DNA of 64,000 nucleotides, from NCBI GenBank assembly GCA_964291285.2, contig OZ219785.1, positions 704,001 to 768,000 on the forward strand, read 5' to 3'. Shown one piece after another: positions 21,315 through 31,666 of the stretch (its first letter is position 1; every line of letters begins with the position of its first letter). This stretch comes from Alphaproteobacteria bacterium. Its GTDB lineage: Bacteria > Pseudomonadota > Alphaproteobacteria > Bin95. A program made the translations under genes and the position numbers. The notes beneath the pieces are model-generated. The model had not been told where the DNA came from. It searched no databases and saw only the letters and a program-made list of their open reading frames with translations.

Positions 21315-21943
21315 GGCGTCCCCATGAGCGTGTCGTGGAGGTTGACCAGCATGCCGGCGGTCGCGCCCCAGATGTGGTAGCCCCGGTAGGGCAGCACATA
21401 GTAGTGCCGCTGGAGGCCGTCGCGGAACATGGTCTCGCGCTTGTGGTTCGCCGGGTCCAGCACGAAGGCGAGCGGCACCTCGAAGGCCTCCTCCACCTCG
21501 AAGGGATCGACGCTGAGCTCGATGGGCGGCTCGACCCAGCCGATCACCGGCGTCACCGCATAGGCGCTGGTGGTCTCATACACCTCAAGCTGGCCCAGAA
21601 CCTCGACGAGGCGCCGGTCGAGCCCGACCTCCTCCTCGGTCTCGCGGAGCGCCGTTTCCAGGATGTCGGCGTCGCCCGGCTCCCGCCTGCCGCCGGGAAA
21701 GGCGATCTGGCCCGCATGATGCTTGAGGTGGTGGGTGCGCTGGGTCAGCAGGATCGTCGGGCCTTCCGCCCGCGCCACCAGCGCCACGAGCACGCCCGCG
21801 GGCTTCAGCCGGCGCCCGTTGGCGAACGCGGGCCGGCCGTCCGGCAGCAGGTCGAAATCGCTGCGCCGGGGCGGGCTCAGCCCGTCGGGACCGGAGACGA
21901 ACCCGGCCGCCTCGAGGCGCGCGATCACCTCCTCACGAGTCAT
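21308..21943 (-). CDS. nudL: CoA pyrophosphatase (NUDIX)
   Basis: LLTQRTHHLKHHAGQIAFPGG, ALRETEEEVG, IWGATAGML. Confidence 0.9.
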   Translation of the reverse strand: MTREEVIARLEAAGFVSGPDGLSPPRRSDFDLLPDGRPAFANGRRLKPAGVLVALVARAEGPTILLTQRTHHLKHHAGQIAFPGGRREPGDADILETALRETEEEVGLDRRLVEVLGQLEVYETTSAYAVTPVIGWVEPPIELSVDPFEVEEAFEVPLAFVLDPANHKRETMFRDGLQRHYYVLPYRGYHIWGATAGMLVNLHDTLMGTPC

Positions 21944-22436
21944 CGTCGAGCGCTCCCAGGTCGAAAAACGCCCCGCCGCTCCACACGCCGTAGCCGCTCC
22001 CGGTCTCTTCCGCCAGTTCCGCGAGCTCGTACCAGGGCGCGCGCAGCACCGCCGCCTCGATGCCGGGCCGGACGAGCAGATAGGGCCGCGCGCCGAGCCG
22101 GAGCGGATGGCCGGGGCCGAGCGCCACCCATTCGTCGATATTGGTCCGGAAATGCACCTGCCGGCGCCGGCCTTCCCCCTCTACCCGCATTTCGACCGCG
22201 ACGAAGGGCGCGTCCTCGACCTCGACCTCCACGCGCTCCACGGGCGTTTCCAGCAGGTAGCCGCCGTCGGGCGCGCGCTTCAGCACGGTGCTGAACAGCT
22301 TGACCAGCGCCGGGCGGCGGAAGGGCAGGCCGTTGTGGAACCACACGCCGTTGCGGTCTATGCGCATGCCGTCGCGCACGGGCGCGCGCGGGTGCGCCCC
22401 GGTTGAATCTTCGCAGGTCTGGAGATTCCGGGCCAT
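21933..22436 (-). CDS. DUF1285 domain protein
   Basis: MRIDRNGVWFHNG, LVKLFSTVL, TPVERVEVEVEDAPF. Confidence 0.85.
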   Translation of the reverse strand: MARNLQTCEDSTGAHPRAPVRDGMRIDRNGVWFHNGLPFRRPALVKLFSTVLKRAPDGGYLLETPVERVEVEVEDAPFVAVEMRVEGEGRRRQVHFRTNIDEWVALGPGHPLRLGARPYLLVRPGIEAAVLRAPWYELAELAEETGSGYGVWSGGAFFDLGALDDDS

Positions 22437-22526
22437 GGCGGTGCCATAATAGGGCAGTATGTCCGCGCCGGAAGGCCCGCGCCGATCGGGTCGCGGGCGC
22501 GGCGTCGAACATGGAGGCCCCGTTTC

Positions 22527-23537
<1,011 letters not shown>

Positions 23538-23549
23538 ACGGGGCGGCCG

Positions 23550-24416
23550 GTGCCCGTCGTCGCAGCGGAACGCCTCGCCGCCGGGCTGCCGGCGCCGGCG
23601 GTCGCCGCGCTCCGGGTGGCGGAAACGGTGAGCGCGGGCTCCCACGGGCTTCGCCGGCCGGGGCCCGGCTACGATTTCTGGCAGTTCCGCCTCTACCGGG
23701 CGGGGGACCCCGTGCGCGCCGTCGACTGGCGGCGCTCGGCGCGGGACGGCCGCGTGCTGGTCAGCGAGCGCGAGCGCGATGCGGCGCAGACCTTCTGGCT
23801 GTGGGAGGACCGCTCGGCGTCCATGGACTGGAGCGGCGCGCGGACGCGGGAGACCAAGGCTGAGCGCGCGCGGCTGCTGGTCCTGGCGGCGGCCGTGCTG
23901 CTGATGCGCGCCGGCCACCAGGTGGCGCCCATCGGGCCCGCGCCCCGCCGCTACCGCCATGAGCGGCGCCTCGGCGAGCTGTCGCTCGCGCTCGACCGCG
24001 CGCCGCCCGTCGCCGGCCTTCCCCGGAACCTCGGCTTCGGCAAATACGCCCAGGCGCTCCTGGTCGGCGATTTCCTCGACGCGGCCGGCACGGTCGAGCC
24101 GCTGTTCCGCAGGCTGGCGGATTCCGGCGTGCGCGGCCATATCGTGCAGGTTCTGGACCCGGCGGAGACCGACCTGCCGATGCAGGGAAGGCGGCGTTTC
24201 ATAGGGCTGGAAGGCGAGGGCGAACTGCTGGTGCGCCGCGTGGGGGGGCTTCGCGCCGCCTATCGCGAACGGCTGGAGGCTCATAACGAGGCCTTGCGGC
24301 ACAATGTGGCCCGGCTTGGCTGGACCCTGCTGCGGCACCGGAGCGATGCGCCGCCGGTCTCGGTCCTGCTTGCGCTCGCCGGCCAGCTGGCCGAGCGGCC
24401 CGACCGGCTGTGCTGA
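23550..24416 (+). CDS. DUF58 domain protein
   Basis: FWQFRLYRAGD, VDWRRSAR, DRSASM; follows moxR. Confidence 0.88.
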   Translation: MPVVAAERLAAGLPAPAVAALRVAETVSAGSHGLRRPGPGYDFWQFRLYRAGDPVRAVDWRRSARDGRVLVSERERDAAQTFWLWEDRSASMDWSGARTRETKAERARLLVLAAAVLLMRAGHQVAPIGPAPRRYRHERRLGELSLALDRAPPVAGLPRNLGFGKYAQALLVGDFLDAAGTVEPLFRRLADSGVRGHIVQVLDPAETDLPMQGRRRFIGLEGEGELLVRRVGGLRAAYRERLEAHNEALRHNVARLGWTLLRHRSDAPPVSVLLALAGQLAERPDRLC

Positions 24417-27115
24417 CGCTCGGCGCCATCGGCTTCGCCGCGCCGTGGTTCCTGCTCGGCCTGCTGGTGCTGCCGCTGGTCTGGCTGCTGCTGCGCATCA
24501 CCCCGCCGCAGCCGGTCGCCACCCGCTTTCCCGCGATCCGGTTCCTGTTCGGGCTGAGGCAGGACGACGACAGCAGCGAGCGCACGCCGCCCTGGATGCT
24601 GTTGCTGCGGCTCCTGATCGCCGGGCTGCTGGTGCTGGCGGCCGCCCGGCCGATCCTCGCGCCCGGCAGCCTGCTGGAAGGGCAGGGCGAGGTGGTGCTG
24701 GCCATCGACGACGGCTGGGCGTCCGCCCCGCAATGGCCGTCCATGCGGGCCGCGGCGCTCGCCATGCTGGACGAAGCGGCGCGGCGGGACCGCCCGGTCC
24801 GGCTGCTGGCGACGGCGCCCGGCCCCGACGGCGGCCTGCCGCAGGCGGTCGGGCCGTTCCCGCCCGCCGATGCGGCCGCGGTCGTCGCGGCGCTGGAGCC
24901 GAAACCCTGGCCGACGGACCGGATTGCCGCGGCTGCGGCCATGCAGGAGCTTGGCATTTCGGGGCCGGTATCCGCCATATGGGTGAGCGACGGGCTCGAA
25001 GAGGGCGCTGCCGGCGCGTTCGCCAGGGCGCTGCAGCGCCTCGGCAGCCTGGACGTGCTGCGGCCGGAACCCGGGGACCGCGCCCGGCTGCTCCGTCCGC
25101 CGAAACGCGAAGCCGGGCGCCTGACGGTCCATGTGGACCGGGCCGGCCGGGGAGCGGAGACGGTCACGGTGGAGGCGCTGGACGAAGACGGCTTGCGGCT
25201 TGCGGCCGCCGAGGTTGCGTTCGCCCGGGGCGAGACCGCCGCATCGGCGTCCGTCGAACGCCCGGACGAGTTGTTGAACCGCATCGCGCGCTTCCGCGTC
25301 GTCGGCGAGACGGGCGCCGGCGCGACCGCGCTGGTCGGCAGCGACTGGCGCCGGCGCAAGGTCGGGCTGGCGGCGACCGGCATGGCCGGCCATCCGCTGC
25401 TCGACGACCAGCACTATCTGCGCACGGCGTTCGCCCCGTTCGCAACGGTGGTGGAGGCCCCGGTCGGGGAGCTTCTCGAAGCGGGCGTCGGCACGCTGGT
25501 GCTGACCGACGCAGCGGAGACCGGGCGGGCGGCGCGCGACGGGCTGGCCGAGTGGGTGGAGGCGGGCGGCGTCCTGCTGCGCTTCTCGGGGCCGCGGCTC
25601 GCCGAAGCCGGCGCGGACCTGCTTCCGGTTCCGCTGCGCCGCGGCAGGCGCGAACTCGGCGGCGCGCTCACCTGGGCGCAGCCTCAGCGGCTCGGCGCAT
25701 TTTCGGGAACGAGCCCCTTCGCCGGGCTGGAGCCGGCCGGCGACATCGCGGTCACCCGACAGGTGCTCGCCGAACCGGGCCCGGAACTCCCGGCAAAGAG
25801 CTGGGCGGTGCTGGCGGACGGCACCCCCATCGTGACCGGCGCGCGGCTTGGCGAGGGCTGGACGGCCCTCGTGCATACCTCCGCCAATGCCGACTGGTCC
25901 ACGCTCGCGCTCTCGGGGCTTTACCCGCAGATGCTCTCCCGCCTGGCCGCGCTCGGCGGGGGAACGGGCGGACCTGCCGGGCTGCTCGAGCCGGCGCGCC
26001 TGCTGGACGGATTCGGGCGATGGACGGAAGCCGGCCCGGCCGTATTGCCGCTGCCGGGCGACTGGACCGGCGCGGAGCCGCCGGATCCGTTCGCGCCGCC
26101 GGGCCTGTACGGACGGGCCGGCGAATTCCGCGCCGTCAATCTCGGCACCGCCCTGCCTGCGCCTGCGCCGCTGGCGGGCCTGCCGCAGGGCGTGGTCGAG
26201 CGGGGCCTTGCGCCCGGCCGCGAACATCCGCTTGTCCCCTGGCTGCTGCTTGCCTGCCTCGTCCTGCTGCTGGTGGACGGGGCGGCCTCGCTCGCCTATC
26301 GCGGCTACCTGCCGCTCGGCGCGAAGGCAGGGCTGGCGGCCGCGCTGCTTGCCGGCTTCGGAGGCGGCGGCGATGCGCTGGCGGCGGATCCGGAGCGCCT
26401 CGCGGCGGAGGTGCATCTCGCCTATGTGCTCACCGGCGACGCGGAGGTGGACGAAACCAGCCGCGCGGGCCTCGCGGGCCTCAGCCGGGTGCTGACCGAC
26501 CGGACCATGGTCGAGCCGGGCGCGCCCCAGGCGGTCGATGTGGAGCGGGACGAGCTCGCGTTTTTCCCGATGCTGTTCTGGCCGGTCGCGGCGAACCAGC
26601 CGCCGCTCTCCGAGAGGGCGCGCGCGCGGCTGGCCGCCTATGTCGCGACGGGCGGCATGCTGGTGTTCGACACGCGCGACCGCAGCGCCGTCGGCGGGCA
26701 TATCGACATGCGCGGCACGGTCATGACGCCGGAGCGCGAGCGGTTGAGGAAACTGCTGGCGGGCATGCGCGTGCCGCCGCTGACGGCCGTGCCGCCGGAC
26801 CATGTGCTGACCAGGTCGTTCTACCTGCTCCAGAGCTTCGCGGGCCGGTATGCCGGCGGCACGGTGTGGGTCGAGCGCACGGCCTCGAGCCGCACCGACG
26901 GCGTGACCGGCTACCTGATCGGCTCGAACGACTGGGCGGCGGCCTGGGCCGAGGACTCCTACGGACGCCCCATGTTCGCCGTCACCCCCGGCGGCGAGCG
27001 CCAGCGCGAAGCGGCGCGGCGCTTCGGCGTCAATCTCGTCATGCATGCGCTCACCGGCAACTACAAGGCCGACCAGGTGCATGTGCCGGCCATTCTGCGG
27101 CGCCTCGACGGATGA
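24410..27115 (+). CDS. BatA/vWA domain + DUF4159 membrane protein
   Basis: N-terminal BatA double TM, IDDGWAS, C-terminal RFGVNLVMHALTGNYKADQVH. Confidence 0.85.
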   Translation: MLTLGAIGFAAPWFLLGLLVLPLVWLLLRITPPQPVATRFPAIRFLFGLRQDDDSSERTPPWMLLLRLLIAGLLVLAAARPILAPGSLLEGQGEVVLAIDDGWASAPQWPSMRAAALAMLDEAARRDRPVRLLATAPGPDGGLPQAVGPFPPADAAAVVAALEPKPWPTDRIAAAAAMQELGISGPVSAIWVSDGLEEGAAGAFARALQRLGSLDVLRPEPGDRARLLRPPKREAGRLTVHVDRAGRGAETVTVEALDEDGLRLAAAEVAFARGETAASASVERPDELLNRIARFRVVGETGAGATALVGSDWRRRKVGLAATGMAGHPLLDDQHYLRTAFAPFATVVEAPVGELLEAGVGTLVLTDAAETGRAARDGLAEWVEAGGVLLRFSGPRLAEAGADLLPVPLRRGRRELGGALTWAQPQRLGAFSGTSPFAGLEPAGDIAVTRQVLAEPGPELPAKSWAVLADGTPIVTGARLGEGWTALVHTSANADWSTLALSGLYPQMLSRLAALGGGTGGPAGLLEPARLLDGFGRWTEAGPAVLPLPGDWTGAEPPDPFAPPGLYGRAGEFRAVNLGTALPAPAPLAGLPQGVVERGLAPGREHPLVPWLLLACLVLLLVDGAASLAYRGYLPLGAKAGLAAALLAGFGGGGDALAADPERLAAEVHLAYVLTGDAEVDETSRAGLAGLSRVLTDRTMVEPGAPQAVDVERDELAFFPMLFWPVAANQPPLSERARARLAAYVATGGMLVFDTRDRSAVGGHIDMRGTVMTPERERLRKLLAGMRVPPLTAVPPDHVLTRSFYLLQSFAGRYAGGTVWVERTASSRTDGVTGYLIGSNDWAAAWAEDSYGRPMFAVTPGGERQREAARRFGVNLVMHALTGNYKADQVHVPAILRRLDG

Positions 27116-29199
27116 TCGCCAACGCAACCGATATCGCGTTTGCGCCGATGCTGCCCTGGTGGCTGGTCGCCGGCCTCGGCGCGGCGGCACTGGCGGCGGC
27201 GGGGCTTGCCTTCGCGCGCCGCGCCTCGGGCGGCGCGCTCCGGCTGCTGCTCTCGGCGCTGCTGGTCGCCGCGCTCCTGCGGCCGACCCTGGTCTCGGAA
27301 CTGAGGGAGCAGGAACGGGACGCGGCCATCGTCCTGGTGGACCGCTCCGGGAGCCAGGATGTGGGCGGCCGGACCCGGATGACGGACGAGGCTCTGGATG
27401 CGCTGGAGAGCCGGCTGGACTTCCTGCCCAACCTCGATGCGCTGATCGTCGAGACCGCGGCCGCGGGCGGGCCCGACCGCGGCACGGCGCTTCTGGGCGC
27501 GCTGCGCGAGGCCTGGGCGGCGGTGCCCCGGCGCCAGCGGGCCGGAGCCTTCCTCATCACCGACGGCCAGGTGCATGACGCACAGGTGGCGCCGCCTGCC
27601 GGACCGGAGGAAATGGGCCCCGTGCATGTGCTGCTGACCGGCGACCCGGAGGAGGACGGCGACCGGCGGCTGTCCGTCCGGGCGGCGCCGGCCTACGGCA
27701 TTGTCGGCAAGGATGTCGAGGTCGAGCTCCTGGTGGAGGATCTCGGGCCGGAGGGCGCCGGGCGCGGCGGCGCGCTGGTCTCGGTCTCGGCGGACGGCCG
27801 GCCCCTGAAGACGGTGGGCGTCGTCCTCGGCCGTGCCGAGCGCATCGCCCTTCCGGTGGACCGCGCGGGCGCCACCGTCTTCGAGTTCGGGGTCGAGCCG
27901 GGGCCGCGCGAGCTCAGCGCCGCCAACAACCGCGCGATCGTCACCGTGAACGGCGTGCGGGACCGCCTGAAGGTGCTGCTGGTCTCGGGGCGGCCCCATG
28001 CCGGCGAACGGGTCTGGCGCAACCTGCTGAAATCCGACCCGGCGGTGGACCTCATCCACTTCACCATTCTGCGTCCGCCCTACAAGCAGGACGCCACGCC
28101 CATCCGCGAGCTCGCGCTGATCTCCTTCCCGGTGCGCGAGCTTTTCGAGGAGCGGCTGACGGAATTCGACCTTGTGGTCTTCGACCGCTATGCGCGCCGG
28201 GGGGTGATCCCGCAGCTCTACCTCGCCAATGTCGCCGACTATGTGCGCGGCGGCGGCGCGCTTCTCGACGCTGCCGGGCCGGGCTTCGCCTCGCGCATCA
28301 CCTCGCTGCACGACTCGGCGCTCAGCGACGTCTATCCGGCCGGGCCGACGGGCCGCATTCTCACGGAGCCGTTCCGTCCGGTGCCGACGGAGGTCGGCCG
28401 GCGCCATCCGGTGACCGGGCCGCTGGTCGCCGGTTCTGCGGAGCCCCGCTGGGGCCGCTGGTTCCGCCAGATCGACGTGGAGCCGGAGAGCGGCCAGGCG
28501 CTGCTGTCGGGCGCGGAAGGCCGCCCGCTCCTGCTGGTGGACCGGGTGGGCGAAGGACGCATCGGCCTGCTGGCCAGCGACCAGGTGTGGCTGTGGGCGC
28601 GCGGCTACCAGGGCGGAGGGCCGCATGCGGAATTGCTGCGCCGCCTCGCCCACTGGCTGATGAAGGAGCCGGACCTCGAAGAGGATGCGCTGACGGCCGC
28701 AATTGCGGGCGGGCGGCTGGAGGTGGAGCGGCGCAAGGCGGAAGCCGGGCCCGAGCCGGTGACGGCGCTGGCCCCGGACGGGCGCACGCTCGCCGTCGAG
28801 CTGAAGCCGGCCGGCGCCGGGCGCTGGCGCGGCGCGCTCGAGGCGGACGCGGCCGGCGTGTGGCAGGTGCGGTCGGGAGAGAAGACGGCGGTTGCGGGCG
28901 CCGCCGTCGATAACCCGCTGGAATTCGAGGACCTGCGCCCGACCGCAGCCCGGCTCGCGCCGGTTGCGGATTCCACCGGCGGGCGGCTGCTGTGGCTTGG
29001 AAATGACGGCGTGCCGGGTGTGCGCGCCGTCAGGCCGGGCGCGCGCATGGCGGGGCGGGACTGGCTCGGCCTGCGCGACAACCGCGCCTACCGCGTGACC
29101 GGCATAGAGCGCACGCCGCTCCTGCCGCCCTGGCTGGTGCTGGCGCTGGGCGCCCTGCTGCTCGCCTGGCTCTGGCGCCGCGAGGGTCAGCGCGGATAG
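27112..29199 (+). CDS. Membrane protein with vWA-like and glutamine-amidotransferase-like domains
   Basis: VDRSGSQ, ITDGQVHD, RVWRNLLKSDPAVDLIHFTILRPP; last gene of the MoxR cluster. Confidence 0.8.
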   Translation: MIANATDIAFAPMLPWWLVAGLGAAALAAAGLAFARRASGGALRLLLSALLVAALLRPTLVSELREQERDAAIVLVDRSGSQDVGGRTRMTDEALDALESRLDFLPNLDALIVETAAAGGPDRGTALLGALREAWAAVPRRQRAGAFLITDGQVHDAQVAPPAGPEEMGPVHVLLTGDPEEDGDRRLSVRAAPAYGIVGKDVEVELLVEDLGPEGAGRGGALVSVSADGRPLKTVGVVLGRAERIALPVDRAGATVFEFGVEPGPRELSAANNRAIVTVNGVRDRLKVLLVSGRPHAGERVWRNLLKSDPAVDLIHFTILRPPYKQDATPIRELALISFPVRELFEERLTEFDLVVFDRYARRGVIPQLYLANVADYVRGGGALLDAAGPGFASRITSLHDSALSDVYPAGPTGRILTEPFRPVPTEVGRRHPVTGPLVAGSAEPRWGRWFRQIDVEPESGQALLSGAEGRPLLLVDRVGEGRIGLLASDQVWLWARGYQGGGPHAELLRRLAHWLMKEPDLEEDALTAAIAGGRLEVERRKAEAGPEPVTALAPDGRTLAVELKPAGAGRWRGALEADAAGVWQVRSGEKTAVAGAAVDNPLEFEDLRPTAARLAPVADSTGGRLLWLGNDGVPGVRAVRPGARMAGRDWLGLRDNRAYRVTGIERTPLLPPWLVLALGALLLAWLWRREGQRG

Positions 29200-29200
29200 G

Positions 29201-29248
29201 ACCCACTCCACCGGCATGTCATGGAATGTCATGTTTTGTCATGGTCCG
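29201..29248. repeat. TGTCATG 10-bp-period array, copy A
   Basis: ATGTCATGGA-ATGTCATGTT-TTGTCATGGTCCG; related copy at 30692-30740. Confidence 0.8.
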
Positions 29249-29260
29249 AGGTTCTTTATT

Positions 29261-29410
29261 CGTCACCCCCGCGAAAGCGGGGGGCCATCCCTGACTGCCG
29301 ATGCCGCCGCGGTCGGCGGAGAGCAGGTTCTACCGCTGAAGCAGCCGTGAGAGTCAGGGATGGTCCCCGGCTCCCCCGCCTTCGCGGGGGCAGGCAAGGC
29401 CGGGGTGACG
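29261..29410. repeat. REP/RPE-like palindromic element
   Basis: CGTCACCCC/GGGGTGACG outer arms, CCCCCGCGAAAGCGGGGG and CCCCCGCCTTCGCGGGGG hairpins, perfect 12-bp inner IR. Confidence 0.75.
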
Positions 29411-29518
29411 GTTGTGCGTCGGGCAGCGGGACCCTCCTGCGTGGAGTGGGCCCCTGGTCTCGGACAGTTTTGTTGTAGGAAATTGACAGGTGCGCGGTCA
29501 TTGGAAGGATCGACGCCG

Positions 29519-29869
29519 ATGAGGAAGCACCGCACGCACAGCATGGCCTTCAAGCGCCAGGTCGTTGAGGAGTATCTGGCAGGCGAGACGTTTTACGGTC
29601 TGGCCCGCCGTCATGACCTGTCTCGCACCCTGATCCGGCTGTGGCTGGAGAAATACGAGGCCGGCGCCTTCGATGAGGAGGCCGAGGCGGCTGACACGCT
29701 CCGGGCGTATGAGGCCCGGATCGCGACGCTCGAACGGCTGGTCGGCCGGCAGGCCGCGGAGCTGGAGTTCCTAAAGGGGGCTTTGCGGCAAGGACGGCGG
29801 TCGAGGCGCGCGCCCATGTCCGTGATCGCCGGCCCCGAGGCCTCTCCGTCGCCGAAGGATGCCGACTGA
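29519..29869 (+). CDS. IS3 transposase OrfA
   Basis: HTH (FKRQVVEEYLAG...LARRHDLSRTLIRLW) plus coiled coil. Confidence 0.88.
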   Translation: MRKHRTHSMAFKRQVVEEYLAGETFYGLARRHDLSRTLIRLWLEKYEAGAFDEEAEAADTLRAYEARIATLERLVGRQAAELEFLKGALRQGRRSRRAPMSVIAGPEASPSPKDAD

Positions 29870-30663
29870 TGGGGATCGCGCGCTCCACCTGTTACCGCGA
29901 GCCGCAGAGCCCGGTCGACGACACCGCCCTGGTCGAGGCGATGCACGAGATCAAGGACGAGTTCGAGGCCTATGGCTGGCGGCGCATGCAGGCGGAACTT
30001 CGCCACCGGGGCCGGACCGTCAACCACAAGAAGGTCAGGCGGCTGATGCGCGAACACGCCCTGCAGCCGCCGCGCAAGCGCCGCTTTGTCGCCACCACGG
30101 ACAGCGGCCACGACGGGCCGGTCTTCCCGGACCGGTCCCGGGACTGCGAGGTCGAGGGCCCGAACCGGCTCTGGGTCGCCGACCTGACCTACATCGCCAT
30201 CCTGGACGGCTTCGTCTATCTGGCGGCGGTCATGGACGCCTGGTCGCGCCGCATTGTCGGCTACGCGCTCGGGCAACGCATCGACGCGCGCCTGACGCTC
30301 GCGGCGCTCGACAAGGCGATCGGGAACCGAAGCCCTCAGCCCGGCTGCATCCACCACTCCGACAGGGGCTCGCAATACGCCGCCCATGCCTACCGGACCC
30401 GGCTCGACAAACACGGGATGGTCGGCTCCATGGGACGACGAGCCAACCCCTACGACAACGCCATGATGGAGAGCTTCATGAAAACCCTGAAGGTCGAAGG
30501 CGTCTATCCCATGGCCTTCGAGACCGCCGATGACGTCGCAAGGCAACTGCCACGCTTCATCGACAGCTACAACCACAGACGCCTGCACTCCGCCCTCGGA
30601 TATCTGAGCCCAAACCGCTTCGAGGAGAAACAACAACGCAACCCTGTCAAAAATGCCGCGTGA
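29869..30663 (+). CDS. IS3 transposase OrfB (DDE); probably fused to OrfA by -1 frameshift near CTAAAGGGGG (29771-29780)
   Basis: WVADLTY, HHSDRGSQY, DNAMMESF; -1 frame open from 29761. Confidence 0.9.
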   Translation: MGIARSTCYREPQSPVDDTALVEAMHEIKDEFEAYGWRRMQAELRHRGRTVNHKKVRRLMREHALQPPRKRRFVATTDSGHDGPVFPDRSRDCEVEGPNRLWVADLTYIAILDGFVYLAAVMDAWSRRIVGYALGQRIDARLTLAALDKAIGNRSPQPGCIHHSDRGSQYAAHAYRTRLDKHGMVGSMGRRANPYDNAMMESFMKTLKVEGVYPMAFETADDVARQLPRFIDSYNHRRLHSALGYLSPNRFEEKQQRNPVKNAA

Positions 30664-30691
30664 AACTGTCCGACCCAAGGGGCCCACTCCA

Positions 30692-30740
30692 GCGGAATGT
30701 CATGAAATGTCATGTTCCGGCGGCGGCATGTCATGGTCCG
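30692..30740. repeat. TGTCATG array, copy B
   Basis: GCGGAATGTCATGAAATGTCATG...ATGTCATGGTCCG. Confidence 0.75.
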
Positions 30741-31356
30741 CCGCTGCGGCGTCTTCCCGCCCGCCGCCGTGTCCGCCTGTGCGTGCCAGTGCGGCCAGGG
30801 CTTCGGCTTCCTCCTCCTGGCGTTCCTCTTCGGCTTCGCGGCGGTCCAGCCGTTCGAGCCATGCGTAGAACTCGGGCGTCCTGAGCTTGCCGACATATTT
30901 GCGCCGCCCGTGGTGGTATTCGTCCTCGCTGCCGTCATAGTCGGCCTCGTCGGGGACGAGCGGTCCGAAGCGGCGCTCCTGCTCGGCATACCAGGCGCGG
31001 AACTCGGGGGTCTCCTGGCTGCCGACATAGACCTCGCTGTGGAAGTGGAACTCGTCCTCGCTGCCGTCGTAATCGTCCTCTTCCGGGGGCGGCGGCTCCC
31101 ACGGCTCCTCTTCGGGTTCCGGGGCGGGCGGTTCGGGCAGGTGGGCGCCGGCCCAGTCGAGCAGGGCGAGGAGCTTGTGCAGGTGGTCGAGCTGGGCGCG
31201 GGCGGCGCGGTGGTGGTCGGCGCGGGCGCGGTCGTCGGGGGGCGGGGGCTCCGGGTCCAGGTCTTCGGCATAGGCAGCGGCGAGGGCTTCGGCGGCGGGC
31301 GCGAGCTTTGCGGCGAGCGCCGCCGCCAGTGCGGGCCGGGGGTCGGTTGCGGTCAT
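30700..31356 (-). CDS. Hypothetical acidic/Pro-rich protein with internal duplication
   Basis: RBS AAGGAG, upstream promoter, DYDGSEDE...PEFxAW present twice. Confidence 0.6.
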   Translation of the reverse strand: MTATDPRPALAAALAAKLAPAAEALAAAYAEDLDPEPPPPDDRARADHHRAARAQLDHLHKLLALLDWAGAHLPEPPAPEPEEEPWEPPPPEEDDYDGSEDEFHFHSEVYVGSQETPEFRAWYAEQERRFGPLVPDEADYDGSEDEYHHGRRKYVGKLRTPEFYAWLERLDRREAEEERQEEEAEALAALARTGGHGGGREDAAAADHDMPPPEHDIS

Positions 31357-31576
31357 CCATGTCTCCTTCCGGTCCGGGAGCGGCGGACCCTTTGCCGCGC
31401 GCGTTTCGCGTGTGTGCGCGCCTGCGCGTCGGCGCCGGCGCGGTTCGCACGCCTGATTGCGCGCGCGAGGCGGCGGGCGCACGTCTCCCGTCGGTTTCTC
31501 AGGGGGTTTTCGAACATGGCGCCGCCCGGCCATGGCGGCGCCGGAGAAACGGCTTCGGACACCGCCTCTCCGGGTC

Positions 31577-31630
31577 CTATATCAGTATATTTTCCCTGAT
31601 GTCAAGCGATATCAGGAACAAAAAATGAAA
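31577..31630 (-). promoter_or_regulatory. Sigma70 promoter with adjacent LexA-like box
   Basis: minus-strand TTGACA-17 bp-ATATAG (31605-31577); GAAC-AAAAAAT-GAAA at 31616-31630. Confidence 0.55.
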
Positions 31631-31666
31631 ATTCTTGGATTTTCACAAAACCCCGGCCGCGCCGGA

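Larger units (their letters stand above)
29442..30691 (+). mobile_element. IS3-family insertion sequence, apparently intact
   Basis: TG...CA ends, IR TGGAGTGGGCCCCT...GGACAGTTT, 3-bp TSD GCG, orfA/orfB. Confidence 0.95.

Noticed and set aside
24304-29199. 1631-aa ORF
   Set aside because: N-terminal 936 codons are an alternative frame over the BatA gene; real gene starts at 27112
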